Assembly (NCBI GenBank): GCA_965207415.1
Contig: CBDBMD010000003.1
Location: 2,401,225-2,465,224 of the forward strand
Source: Dehalococcoidia bacterium
GTDB lineage: Bacteria > Chloroflexota > Dehalococcoidia > UBA2979
Length of the DNA stretch: 64,000 nucleotides
Direction: 5' to 3'
Part shown: piece after piece, positions 26,640-35,316 of the stretch
How positions within the stretch are numbered: position 1 is the first letter of the stretch
How the letters are laid out: each line of letters opens with the position of its first letter
Position numbers and translations under genes: made by a program
The notes under the pieces: generated by a model
Seen by the model: the letters and a program-made list of their open reading frames with translations, nothing else
The model's database searches: none
What the model was told of the DNA's origin: nothing

Positions 26640-29116
26640 CAGCCGCCGCAGCGCCGCCGCTCTCCGGCATCCGCGTGCTGGACCTGACCACCGCGCGCTG
26701 CGAGATCGGCGGCCGGATCCTCGCCGACCTCGGCGCCGAGGTGCTGAAGATCGAGCCGCCCGAGGGCTGCGACGCGCGCCGCATGCCGCCCTTCGAGGAC
26801 GGCCGCGAGGGCGAGCCGGACGGCTCGCTCTACTGGGCCGCCTACGGCGCCAGCAAGCGCAGCGTCGTGCTCGACCTCGCCTCGGAGCAGGGCCGCGCGG
26901 GCCTGCGTGCGCTCGCCGAGGGCGCCGACGTGCTGCTGGAGTCGTTCGCGCCCGGTCAGCTCGCGGCGCTCGGGCTCGGCTACGAGGATCTGCGCGCGCT
27001 CAACCCCGCGCTCGTCTACGCCTCGATCACGCCGTTCGGGCAGAGCGGGCCGGACGCACAGTCGCCGGCGAACGAGCTGACCATCGAGGCGGCCGGGGGG
27101 CTGCTCTCGCTGCAGGGCGACGGCGACCGGCCGCCGATCCCGGTCGGCTACCCGCAGGCCGGGCTGCACGGCGGCGCGCAGGCCGCCGCCGACGCCGTGG
27201 TGGCGCTCGTCGAGCGGGACCGCTCCGGCCGCGGCCAGCACCTCGACGTCTCGATGCAGGCCTGCATGGTCTGGACGATGATGGACGCCAGCGGCTACCC
27301 GCCGAACGAGGGCGGCGACAAGCCCGGCTACGGGGACGACCGCGCCGAGCCCCGGCCTCCCCACCCCTCCGGCCTCCACCTGCCGCGCGTGGTCGCGGCC
27401 GCCGACGGCCACGTGATCACCACGATGGGCGTCAACCTCCCGCAGCGCATCGCCATCAACGAGACCATCGCCTGGATGAAGGAGGCCGGCGTCGAGCTCC
27501 CCGAGCGCCTGCAGGCGATCGACTGGGAGCACTGGCACGAGCAGTTCGCGGACCCGAGCGCCGTCCCGGCGGAGACGCTGGCGCTGATCGACGAGGCGGT
27601 CCGGCTCGCGGTCGAGTTCATCGGGACGAAGCCGAAGCGCGAACTGAACGAGCGCGCCGTCGCGAGCGGGGCGCTGATCGCGCCGATCATGACCGCCGCC
27701 GATCTCCTCGCGGACCCGCAGCTTGCCTCTCGCGACTACTGGAGGGAGGTCGAGGGCCGCCCGCACCCCGGACCGTTCGCCAGGCCGAGCCGCACGCCGC
27801 TGCGCAGCCCGCAGCCCGCGCCCGCCCTCGGCGAGGCGAACGCGCTGCTTGCCGAGCCACGCCGGCCGGCGCCGGCCGTGCGCCCCGACACGAGCGCCGC
27901 CCCGGCGCGCACGAGGGCGTTCGAGGGGCTCAAGGTGGCCGACTTCTCGTGGGTCGGCGTCGGTCCGCTGCTCGGCAAGGCGCTGGCAGACCACGGCGCG
28001 ACGGTGGTGCGCGTCGAGACGGCGAAGCGCATCGACACCCTGCGCGGGATGGGGCCGTTCAAGGACGGCATGCGGGACGTCAATCGGGCGCAGTTCTTCG
28101 CCAACTTCAACTCCTCGAAGCTGGGCATGACGCTCGACCTCTCGAGCGAGGGCGGCCGCTCCGCCGCGCACAGGCTCGCGGGCTGGGCGGACGTGGTCCT
28201 CGAGAGCTTCACGCCCGGCACGATGGAGCGGCACGGGCTGGGCTGGGAGGCGCTGAGCGAGGGCCGCGACGACCTGCTGATGGTGCGCACCTGCCTGCGA
28301 GGGCAGACCGGTCCGGAGGCGCCGCTCACCGGCTTCGGCAGCCAGGGCGCCGCGCTGGCCGGGCTGCACGGCGTGACCGGCTGGCCGGACCGCCCGCCCG
28401 ACGGGCCCTACGGCGCCTACACGGACTTCATCAACCCGCGCTTCGGCCTCGCGGTGATCGCGGCGGCGCTCCGTGAGCGCGCCCGCAGCGGACGGGGCCA
28501 GCTGCTCGACATCTCGCAGGTCGAGGTCGGCATCCACTTCCTCGCGCCGCTCGTCCTCGACTACGCGGTCAACGGCCGCGTCGCGCCGCCCGCCGGGCAC
28601 GACTCGCGCACCGCCTGCCCGCACGGCGTCTACGCCGTCGCCGGCGCCGAGCGCTACATCGCGATCGCCTGCGAGACGGCGGAGCAGTGGCATGCGCTGC
28701 GCGATCTCGCCCGCCTCGAGGGCTTCGACGGCGCCGAGTTCGAGCGCTACGAGGGCCGCCGCGCCGCCCGCGATCGCATCGACGAGGCGCTCCGCGCCTG
28801 GTGCGTGGCGCAGGACGGGCACGCCCTCGCCGCGCGGTTGAAGGCGGCGGGCGTCCCGGCCTCGGCGGTGCTGCGGGCGAGCGACCTCCACCGCGACGCG
28901 CAGCTCGCCCACCGCGGTTTCTTCGTCACGCTCGACCACCCGGAGATGGGTCCGACGCCCTATGACGGCCTCGCGACCAGCTACTCGGAGACGCCCGGCA
29001 CGCCCCGCAAGCCCGCGCCGCTGCTGGGCGAGGACACGCACTACGTGCTCACGGAGCTGCTCGGCCATTCCGCCGAGGAGGTGGCGATCCTCGCGGCGAG
29101 CGGGGCGCTCACCTAG
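26633..29116 (+). CDS. Fused two-domain family III CoA-transferase
   Basis: 827 aa. Domain 1 starts LSGIRVLDLTTARCEIGGRILADLGAEVLKIEPPEG. A Pro/Ala linker follows. Domain 2 starts FEGLKVADFSWVGVGPLLGKALADHGATVVRVE. Confidence 0.88.
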   Translation: MPPAAAAPPLSGIRVLDLTTARCEIGGRILADLGAEVLKIEPPEGCDARRMPPFEDGREGEPDGSLYWAAYGASKRSVVLDLASEQGRAGLRALAEGADVLLESFAPGQLAALGLGYEDLRALNPALVYASITPFGQSGPDAQSPANELTIEAAGGLLSLQGDGDRPPIPVGYPQAGLHGGAQAAADAVVALVERDRSGRGQHLDVSMQACMVWTMMDASGYPPNEGGDKPGYGDDRAEPRPPHPSGLHLPRVVAAADGHVITTMGVNLPQRIAINETIAWMKEAGVELPERLQAIDWEHWHEQFADPSAVPAETLALIDEAVRLAVEFIGTKPKRELNERAVASGALIAPIMTAADLLADPQLASRDYWREVEGRPHPGPFARPSRTPLRSPQPAPALGEANALLAEPRRPAPAVRPDTSAAPARTRAFEGLKVADFSWVGVGPLLGKALADHGATVVRVETAKRIDTLRGMGPFKDGMRDVNRAQFFANFNSSKLGMTLDLSSEGGRSAAHRLAGWADVVLESFTPGTMERHGLGWEALSEGRDDLLMVRTCLRGQTGPEAPLTGFGSQGAALAGLHGVTGWPDRPPDGPYGAYTDFINPRFGLAVIAAALRERARSGRGQLLDISQVEVGIHFLAPLVLDYAVNGRVAPPAGHDSRTACPHGVYAVAGAERYIAIACETAEQWHALRDLARLEGFDGAEFERYEGRRAARDRIDEALRAWCVAQDGHALAARLKAAGVPASAVLRASDLHRDAQLAHRGFFVTLDHPEMGPTPYDGLATSYSETPGTPRKPAPLLGEDTHYVLTELLGHSAEEVAILAASGALT

Positions 29117-29149
29117 AATCACGAACCACGTTGGGTGGCCGGGGGCGCG

Positions 29150-29692
29150 ATGACCAAGGTCGAGGGCGAGTACGACATCGAGGCCGTGCGCGCCGAGTGG
29201 ATCGGCAGGAGGACGCCGCTCTACCACGGCCGCTACCCGGTCGAGTACGACCCGATCCGCCGCTACTGCCACATGGTGGAGGACGACAACCCGCTGTTCC
29301 TCGATCCCGACTACGCGGCGACGACGAAGTGGGGCGGCGTCATCGTGCCGCCGGTGATGACCGACTACTTCGCCGGCAGCGGCGCCTGGCCCGAGGAAGA
29401 CGAGCCCGCGCTCATCCTCCAGGTGCCGACGCGCGGCGACCGCACGATCAATCTCAACATCAGCTGGGAGTTCGTCCAGCCCGCCCGCATCGGCGACCGG
29501 CTCTCGCGGCAGACGGAGATCGAGGAGATCTACCAGAAGCCGACGCGGCTTGACCCGAGGTCGATCTGGATCGCGGCGAAGACGACGATCTTCAACCAGG
29601 ACGGCGAGGTCGTGGCGATCGGCAGGAACACGATGGTCGCCCACCGCCGGCCCGAGGAGTTCGCGGCCGAACTCGAGGGGAACGGCGGATGA
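29150..29692 (+). CDS. MaoC_N / FAS1-like hotdog dehydratase subunit
   Basis: About 180 aa with an alternative GTG start at 29135. Contains RRYCHMVEDDNPLFLDPDYA. The stop overlaps the next start (ATGA). Confidence 0.75.
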   Translation: MTKVEGEYDIEAVRAEWIGRRTPLYHGRYPVEYDPIRRYCHMVEDDNPLFLDPDYAATTKWGGVIVPPVMTDYFAGSGAWPEEDEPALILQVPTRGDRTINLNISWEFVQPARIGDRLSRQTEIEEIYQKPTRLDPRSIWIAAKTTIFNQDGEVVAIGRNTMVAHRRPEEFAAELEGNGG

Positions 29693-30147
29693 GCGGCGAG
29701 CCGCGCGCGCAGCGCTACTGGGACGACGTCACCGCCGGCGAAGACCTCGAGGGCTTCACGTTCACGCTCGGCTGGACGGAAATGGCGAAGCAGGTCAGCG
29801 GCTCGCAGGACTTCCACAAGGTCCACCACGATTTCGAGTTCGCGCGCGAGGGCGGGCACGAGACGATCTTCTACAACACGGGATTCACGCGCGGCTGCCT
29901 CGGGCGCCTGCTCACGGACTGGATGGGCCCTGAGGGCTGGATCCGGACGTTCGGCTTCCAGATGCGGCGCATGAACACGCCCGGCGACGTGATGTCCGTC
30001 AGGGGCCGCGTCACCGGCACGTCCGAGGGCGACGACCCGGACACGGGCGTGGTGAACCTCGAGATCTGGATCGAGAACACGCGCGAGGGCGTGACGACAC
30101 CGGGAACGGCGACCGTGCTGCTGCCGCGGCGCGCTGAGGGGACATAG
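29689..30147 (+). CDS. MaoC-family (R)-hydratase hotdog subunit
   Basis: 152 aa. The region SGSQDFHKVHHDFEFAREGG resembles the MaoC hydratase motif. Confidence 0.8.
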   Translation: MSGEPRAQRYWDDVTAGEDLEGFTFTLGWTEMAKQVSGSQDFHKVHHDFEFAREGGHETIFYNTGFTRGCLGRLLTDWMGPEGWIRTFGFQMRRMNTPGDVMSVRGRVTGTSEGDDPDTGVVNLEIWIENTREGVTTPGTATVLLPRRAEGT

Positions 30148-30151
30148 CACG

Positions 30152-30631
30152 ATGGCCAACGCGACGAAGGCCGAGATCGAGGCGGGCGGCACCTACTTCC
30201 CGACGCCCGTGGCCTACCCGGCCACGATGAACGACGACCTCGACAAGCCGTTCATCGAGGGCACGCAACGCGGGGAGCTGTGGTTGCAGTTCTGCACCGC
30301 CTGCGAGCACTTCCAGTGGGGGCCGGAGTGGCTCTGCCACCGCTGCCTCAGCTCCGACTTCGAGTGGCGGCAGGTGGAGGGGCGCGGGCGGATCTACTCC
30401 TGGGAGCGGGTCTGGCACCCGGTGCACCCGGTGCTCCGGGAGGCCGTGCCCTACGTCGTGGTCGTCGTCGAGTTGCCGCATGCCGACGACATCCGCCTGG
30501 TCGGCAACCTGCTCGGCGATCCCGAGGAGGAGGTCGTGATCGGCAGCGCGGTCGAGGCCGTCTACGAGCACCACGCGGACGCCGACCCGCCCTTCACCCT
30601 CGTCCACTGGTCACGCCTCGAGAGCGAGTAG
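30152..30631 (+). CDS. DUF35 OB-fold/Zn-ribbon protein
   Basis: 159 aa. Zn ribbon CTACEHFQWGPEWLCHRC followed by an OB-fold. Confidence 0.85.
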   Translation: MANATKAEIEAGGTYFPTPVAYPATMNDDLDKPFIEGTQRGELWLQFCTACEHFQWGPEWLCHRCLSSDFEWRQVEGRGRIYSWERVWHPVHPVLREAVPYVVVVVELPHADDIRLVGNLLGDPEEEVVIGSAVEAVYEHHADADPPFTLVHWSRLESE

Positions 30632-30678
30632 CAGCCGGACGCGCGATTCGACCGAGGCGACAGCGAAAGGAGCGACGC

Positions 30679-31839
30679 ATGGACTTCCAGATGCCCGACG
30701 ACGTCGTTGAGTTCCGCGAGCAGATCCACGACTTCATCCGCCGGCACCGCACGCCGGAGCTGGAGGCGGAGATCGCCGGGCACCACCTGCACGGCTACGG
30801 CCCCGCCGCCGAGGCGTTTCTCCAGGCGCTCGCCGACGAGGGCCTGCCTTCGATCGCCTGGCCCGAGGAGTACGGCGGACGCGGCAAGGGCGCGCTCTAC
30901 CTCTGGATCCTCTCCGAGGAGCTCGCGCGCGAGGGCATGCCCTGGGACACGCTCACCTTCAACTCCGTCAGCCCGACGATCATGCGTCACGGCAGCGAGG
31001 AGCAGCGGCTCGAGTTGCTGCCGAAGGTCCTGACCGGCGAGGTCCGCTTCGCCCTCGGCTACACGGAGCCGAACGCCGGCACGGACCTCGCCTCGCTGCA
31101 GACGCGCGCCGTCCGCGACGGCGACGAGTGGGTGCTCAACGGACAGAAGATCTACACCTCCTCGGCGCACCTCGCGACGCACGTCTGGCTGGCCGCGCGC
31201 ACCGACCCGGACGCGCCGAAGCATCGCGGCATCTCCACCTTCGTGGTGCCGCTGAGCACGCCCGGCATCACCGTGCGCCCGCTCTGGGTGATGGGCGAAG
31301 GCCGCACCAACGAGACCTTCTACGAGAACGTGCGCATCCCCGCCGACGCGCTTGTCGGCGAGGAGAACCGCGGCTGGTACATCGTTACCGGCGCGCTCGA
31401 CCTCGAGCGCGTCGCGATCGGCACCTACCGCCCGCTGGAGCGCAGGGTGCAAAACATCATCTCCTACCTCGTGGCCGAGCGCGGCGATCTGCTGGACGAC
31501 CCGGCCACGCGCATGGCCGTCGCCGAGGCCTCGATGCGCGTCGAGGTGGGGCGTGCGCTGGCGACCAACAACGCGGCGATGGTGCACAACGACCTGGTGC
31601 CGACGATGGAAGCCGCAATGTCCAAGATCTGGAAGGGCGACTCCAGCGAGCGCATCCACGACGCCTTCATGGACATCCTCGGCCGCAGCGGCGGGCTTCA
31701 CGAGTCGAACGAGGACGCCCCGCTCGGCGGGATGCTCGAGGCGGGGTGGCGCAGCGACCCACCCGGCCGCTTCGCGGGAGGCACCAACGACATCCAGCGG
31801 CGCGTGATCGCCACGCGCGGCCTCCAGCTGCCGCGATAG
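30679..31839 (+). CDS. Acyl-CoA dehydrogenase (likely catalytic subunit)
   Basis: ATG 30679 with a GAAAGGAG RBS, 386 aa. Has an IVD-type base context, ALDLERVAIG. The C-terminal YEGT position reads AGGTNDIQ. Confidence 0.9.
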   Translation: MDFQMPDDVVEFREQIHDFIRRHRTPELEAEIAGHHLHGYGPAAEAFLQALADEGLPSIAWPEEYGGRGKGALYLWILSEELAREGMPWDTLTFNSVSPTIMRHGSEEQRLELLPKVLTGEVRFALGYTEPNAGTDLASLQTRAVRDGDEWVLNGQKIYTSSAHLATHVWLAARTDPDAPKHRGISTFVVPLSTPGITVRPLWVMGEGRTNETFYENVRIPADALVGEENRGWYIVTGALDLERVAIGTYRPLERRVQNIISYLVAERGDLLDDPATRMAVAEASMRVEVGRALATNNAAMVHNDLVPTMEAAMSKIWKGDSSERIHDAFMDILGRSGGLHESNEDAPLGGMLEAGWRSDPPGRFAGGTNDIQRRVIATRGLQLPR

Positions 31840-31849
31840 GAGGCGCACC

Positions 31850-32935
31850 ATGGACCTCCGACCGAGCGAACTGCAGGACATCCTTCGCACCAGCGCCGCC
31901 GACTTCTTCGAGCGCGAGGTCAGCTTCGAGCGGATCCGCGAGATCGAGGCGGCGAACCGCCCCGACGAGCAGCTGCAGGGCCAGATGACCGAACTGGGCT
32001 GGAACTCGCTGGCGATCTCCGAGGACTACGGCGGCCAGGGCGGCACCGTGCTCGACGCGGGCGTGTTGATCACCCAGATCTGCCGCGCCGCGCTGCCCTC
32101 GCCACTCGCCAGCACGCTCGTCGGCGCGGTCACGATCGAGCGCCACGGCGACGAGGAACTGAAGACCTCGCTGCTGCCGCAGCTCAACAGCGGACTCACG
32201 ATCTCGCCCGCGCTGCTCGAGGCGTCGGACTCGCTCTACGGCCCGGTCACGGCGGAGTACGCCGGCGGCGCGGTCACGGGCGAGAAGCGCTTCGTCGAGT
32301 TCGGCGAGACCAGCGACGTGCACCTCGTCGCTGCGATGCGTGACGGCGCGCCGGGCCTCGCCGTCGTGCGCCGCGACCAGCCGGGCGTCTCGGCCCGCGA
32401 CACGCGCACCATCGGCGCGCTGCCGCAGGCAGCGGTCGCGTACGACGGCGCGGCGGCCGAGGCCTGGATCGAGGGCGCGGACGCCGTCGAGACGATGCGC
32501 CGCCTCGGGGCGGCGGTCGCCGCGTTCGAGACCTACACCTACGCGCAGAAGGCGCTCGACCTGACGGTCGACTACGTGCAGATGCGGGTGCAGTTCGGGC
32601 AGCCGATCGGCGCGTTCCAGATGGTGCAGATGCGCTGCGCGGACATGGCGACGATCGTCGAGGGATCGCGCTTCCTCGTACACGAGCTCCTGTGGCAGAT
32701 CGACGAGGGCCTCGACACGCGCCGGCAGGTCGCGGTCGTGAAAGCGGTGACGGCGAAGATGGCCCCGCAGGTCCTGCAGGACTGCCACCTGCTGCACGGC
32801 GGCATCGGCTACATGCAGGAGTACGACCTGCACTTCTTCACCCGCCGCGGCCGGGACGCCGCGCTGCGCTGGGGCAGCGCCCGCGAGACGATGAACATCG
32901 TCACCGAGGAGGCCTTCGCCGCCGCCTCGGCGTAG
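31850..32935 (+). CDS. Acyl-CoA dehydrogenase family protein (likely non-catalytic partner)
   Basis: 361 aa with the ACAD C-terminal motif LHGGIGYMQEYDLHFFTRR. I see no Glu at either usual catalytic-base position. Confidence 0.82.
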   Translation: MDLRPSELQDILRTSAADFFEREVSFERIREIEAANRPDEQLQGQMTELGWNSLAISEDYGGQGGTVLDAGVLITQICRAALPSPLASTLVGAVTIERHGDEELKTSLLPQLNSGLTISPALLEASDSLYGPVTAEYAGGAVTGEKRFVEFGETSDVHLVAAMRDGAPGLAVVRRDQPGVSARDTRTIGALPQAAVAYDGAAAEAWIEGADAVETMRRLGAAVAAFETYTYAQKALDLTVDYVQMRVQFGQPIGAFQMVQMRCADMATIVEGSRFLVHELLWQIDEGLDTRRQVAVVKAVTAKMAPQVLQDCHLLHGGIGYMQEYDLHFFTRRGRDAALRWGSARETMNIVTEEAFAAASA

Positions 32936-32956
32936 CGGGGGCGGACTGCTCCGTGG

Positions 32957-34321
32957 CTATAGGCTCCGCTCGGCGAGCGCTGGTCCGTCGAGCCGATGCG
33001 ATTGCCCGGCGCGCCCGTGCGAGTCGAACTCGATGCCCTCAGCCGCGAGGACCTCAAGCGGATCTCGCGTGTCCGAATTGTCGCCCCAGTAGAATCCCCC
33101 GGAGACCCGACCATCGGCCGTCAGGACACGATAGCCCACTCGGCACGGGTTCTCCGGGCAGCGAGCTATGTGTCCGGCCACTGCCTGCGCGGAACTGCTG
33201 ATCGCTTCCGCGAGATCGCCGTAGGTAGTCCACTCGCCGGGTTCGATATGTCCCAACAACTGGTGCAAGTCCGACCAGTCCCGTGGCCGTCCCGCAGTCC
33301 CGAAGCCAGCCAGTTCCGCTAATGTCTCGCCGCTCACGGTCCTCCATACCCTCGGACCCCTGAGGACAGGTGGTCGATCGCCGGACACTTGCCCCACAAT
33401 CTCTTTCGCGAGCCCGGTTGGACTCCAATGCTGATCGTCGATCAACCAGGTGAGGGGCCGACTGCGGTGATTGCGCCACGTCGCCTGGCCGCGCTGCGGC
33501 TCCTCAGCAATCCACGCGGCTACCGCCTCACGCGCCTCGGGTGGGCGAAGACGGTCAACGTCGATCGTCAGGAGCGTGCCATCCTCAAGGACCCCGTCAT
33601 CGACGAGCTGCCCAACAGCATTCGCTTCACGACGCGTCCTGACGCGCTCGTGGGCTGCCCGCAACTCCGCCTGGCGCGGGGAGACCGTGAAGTCCTCGAC
33701 ATCCGGCACCGGCCAGATCTGCGAGACCGTCAGCACGGTCTCGCTCCCGGTGCGATATGCATTGAAGCTGACGAGCGAGACGTCCAAGCCCATCTCAGTA
33801 AGCCAGACCGCGCTCGCCGTCACCTGAGGGGGAAAGCTTGCGGCCATCAGTGCAATCCGTGGTTGCCGGAGAAGGTCAGGGTCAAGTTCCCCGCCCGCAT
33901 GCGCCTCAAGTCGCTCACGCGCCTCGTCTTCCGAGACCGGACCTCCCTCGACTCTGGTCAGGTAGGCAGCATGATGTTCGGCCAGCGTCTGCGGGGTGAA
34001 GCGGCTGGCGAATGCCGCGTACTTGACCGCCTGCATCTCCACGGTGTCCGGAGCGGGGCCGCGCTTCAGTTCCGCGACCACGAGCCGACCGTCGTCGTCC
34101 AGGCCCAGGAGATCGAGGCGATCGGCTGCACGCCCGTCGCGCGCGCGCCACGCGCCGAACTCGAAGGTCACGATGCGTACGGCTTCGCCGAGGATCTCCG
34201 GATTCTCGCGCACCCATTCCTGCAGATCGGCGCGCTCGCGGAAGCCCGCCTCCGCGAGGCTGATCTCCGTTGCGGGCGTGGCGGCCCCAGGCTTAACCGT
34301 GAACACCAACTCGCCGGGCAT
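32957..34321 (-). CDS. Fusion protein: NucS/DUF91-like PD-(D/E)xK nuclease + DUF4357-like region + Cys-less MGMT/ATL-like domain
   Basis: 454 aa. N-terminus: DRLDLLGLDDDGRLVVAELKRG. Middle: QHWSPTGLAKEIVG...GPRVWRT. C-terminus: TTYGDLAEAI...VGYRVLTADGRVSGGFYWG...VLAAEGIEF. GC is lower than in the neighbours; the line at 33361 counts 62%. Confidence 0.6.
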   Translation of the reverse strand: MPGELVFTVKPGAATPATEISLAEAGFRERADLQEWVRENPEILGEAVRIVTFEFGAWRARDGRAADRLDLLGLDDDGRLVVAELKRGPAPDTVEMQAVKYAAFASRFTPQTLAEHHAAYLTRVEGGPVSEDEARERLEAHAGGELDPDLLRQPRIALMAASFPPQVTASAVWLTEMGLDVSLVSFNAYRTGSETVLTVSQIWPVPDVEDFTVSPRQAELRAAHERVRTRREANAVGQLVDDGVLEDGTLLTIDVDRLRPPEAREAVAAWIAEEPQRGQATWRNHRSRPLTWLIDDQHWSPTGLAKEIVGQVSGDRPPVLRGPRVWRTVSGETLAELAGFGTAGRPRDWSDLHQLLGHIEPGEWTTYGDLAEAISSSAQAVAGHIARCPENPCRVGYRVLTADGRVSGGFYWGDNSDTRDPLEVLAAEGIEFDSHGRAGQSHRLDGPALAERSL

Positions 34322-34402
34322 ATGGTCTCCCCCTGCGCCCGGCGCAGGCTACGCAAGTGCCGAGGGGCTGTCACTGGCGCTCAGCGAGCACCCGCCCGGC
34401 CG

Positions 34403-35230
34403 TCAGCCGAGCTCGTCCGCCGTCCGATCGCCTGCGTCGTAGTCGGCGAACAGCTCGTCGTAGTGCTCCTGCAGCACGTCCCGGGCGTCGGGGTGGGTGA
34501 AGATGAAGCGGCGGTTCTCGCGGGCGCCTTGCAGCAGGCGAGGAATGAACGCCTCCGGGGGTGGGGCCTCGATGCGGGGCGGGGCGAAGTCGTCGTCGGG
34601 CCCGCCGTAGCGCTGCTGGCGGACGCGCACGGCCCTGCGGATCTGCGTGTCCATGCGGCTCGGGCACCAGCACGAGACGCCGATGCCCTCGGCCGCGAGC
34701 TCGTGTCGCAGCACGTTCGAGTAGCCGACGACGGCGTGCTTCGCGGCGGTGTAGACGCCGTTGACGTTCTGCCGCCCGACGAGCCCGGACATCGAGGAGG
34801 TGAGCACGATCTGCGCCGGCCCCTCCTGCTCGCGCAGCAGTGGCAGGAACGCCTGCACGCTGTGGATCACGCCCCAGAGGTTGACCCCGAGGATCCACTC
34901 CCAGTCCTCGCTGGTGGCCTCCGCCAGCGGTGTGTTCCTCATCACCCCGGCGTTCTGGAAGAGCACGAGCCCGTTGCGCTCCGCGCCGAACGCGGCGCGC
35001 GTGCGCTCGGCCAGCGCGTCGACCGAGGCGCGGTCGGCGATGTCCGTGCGCACGGCGATCGCCTCGCCGCCGCCCTCGCGGATCTCAGCCGCGACGGCCT
35101 CGCCGGCGCCGCCGTCGATGTCCGCGACGACGACGCGCATGCCGTCCGCGGCGCAGGCATGGGCGAGGGCGCGCCCCGCGCCGCCGCCCGCACCCGTCAC
35201 CACCGCCACGCTGCCCGTGAAGTCCTGCAT
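34403..35230 (-). CDS. Short-chain dehydrogenase/reductase (SDR)
   Basis: ATG 35230, with an alternative GTG at 35248. Contains VAVVTGAGGGAGRALA. Confidence 0.9.
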   Translation of the reverse strand: MQDFTGSVAVVTGAGGGAGRALAHACAADGMRVVVADIDGGAGEAVAAEIREGGGEAIAVRTDIADRASVDALAERTRAAFGAERNGLVLFQNAGVMRNTPLAEATSEDWEWILGVNLWGVIHSVQAFLPLLREQEGPAQIVLTSSMSGLVGRQNVNGVYTAAKHAVVGYSNVLRHELAAEGIGVSCWCPSRMDTQIRRAVRVRQQRYGGPDDDFAPPRIEAPPPEAFIPRLLQGARENRRFIFTHPDARDVLQEHYDELFADYDAGDRTADELG

Positions 35231-35316
35231 CACCCCACCCCCACTCACGTCGCTGAGCCTACGACCTCGCGAAACCGGGTGTCACGCTTCGGGCAGGGCC
35301 GGCTCGACGAGCCCCG

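Noticed and set aside
32941-32955. Shared motif gggggcggact-N-ctc right after the stop codons at 32941 and 56816, both preceding lower-GC inserts.
   Set aside because: An 11-14-nt GC-rich match is expected many times by chance in 64 kb of this composition. It is not enough to claim an attachment site.
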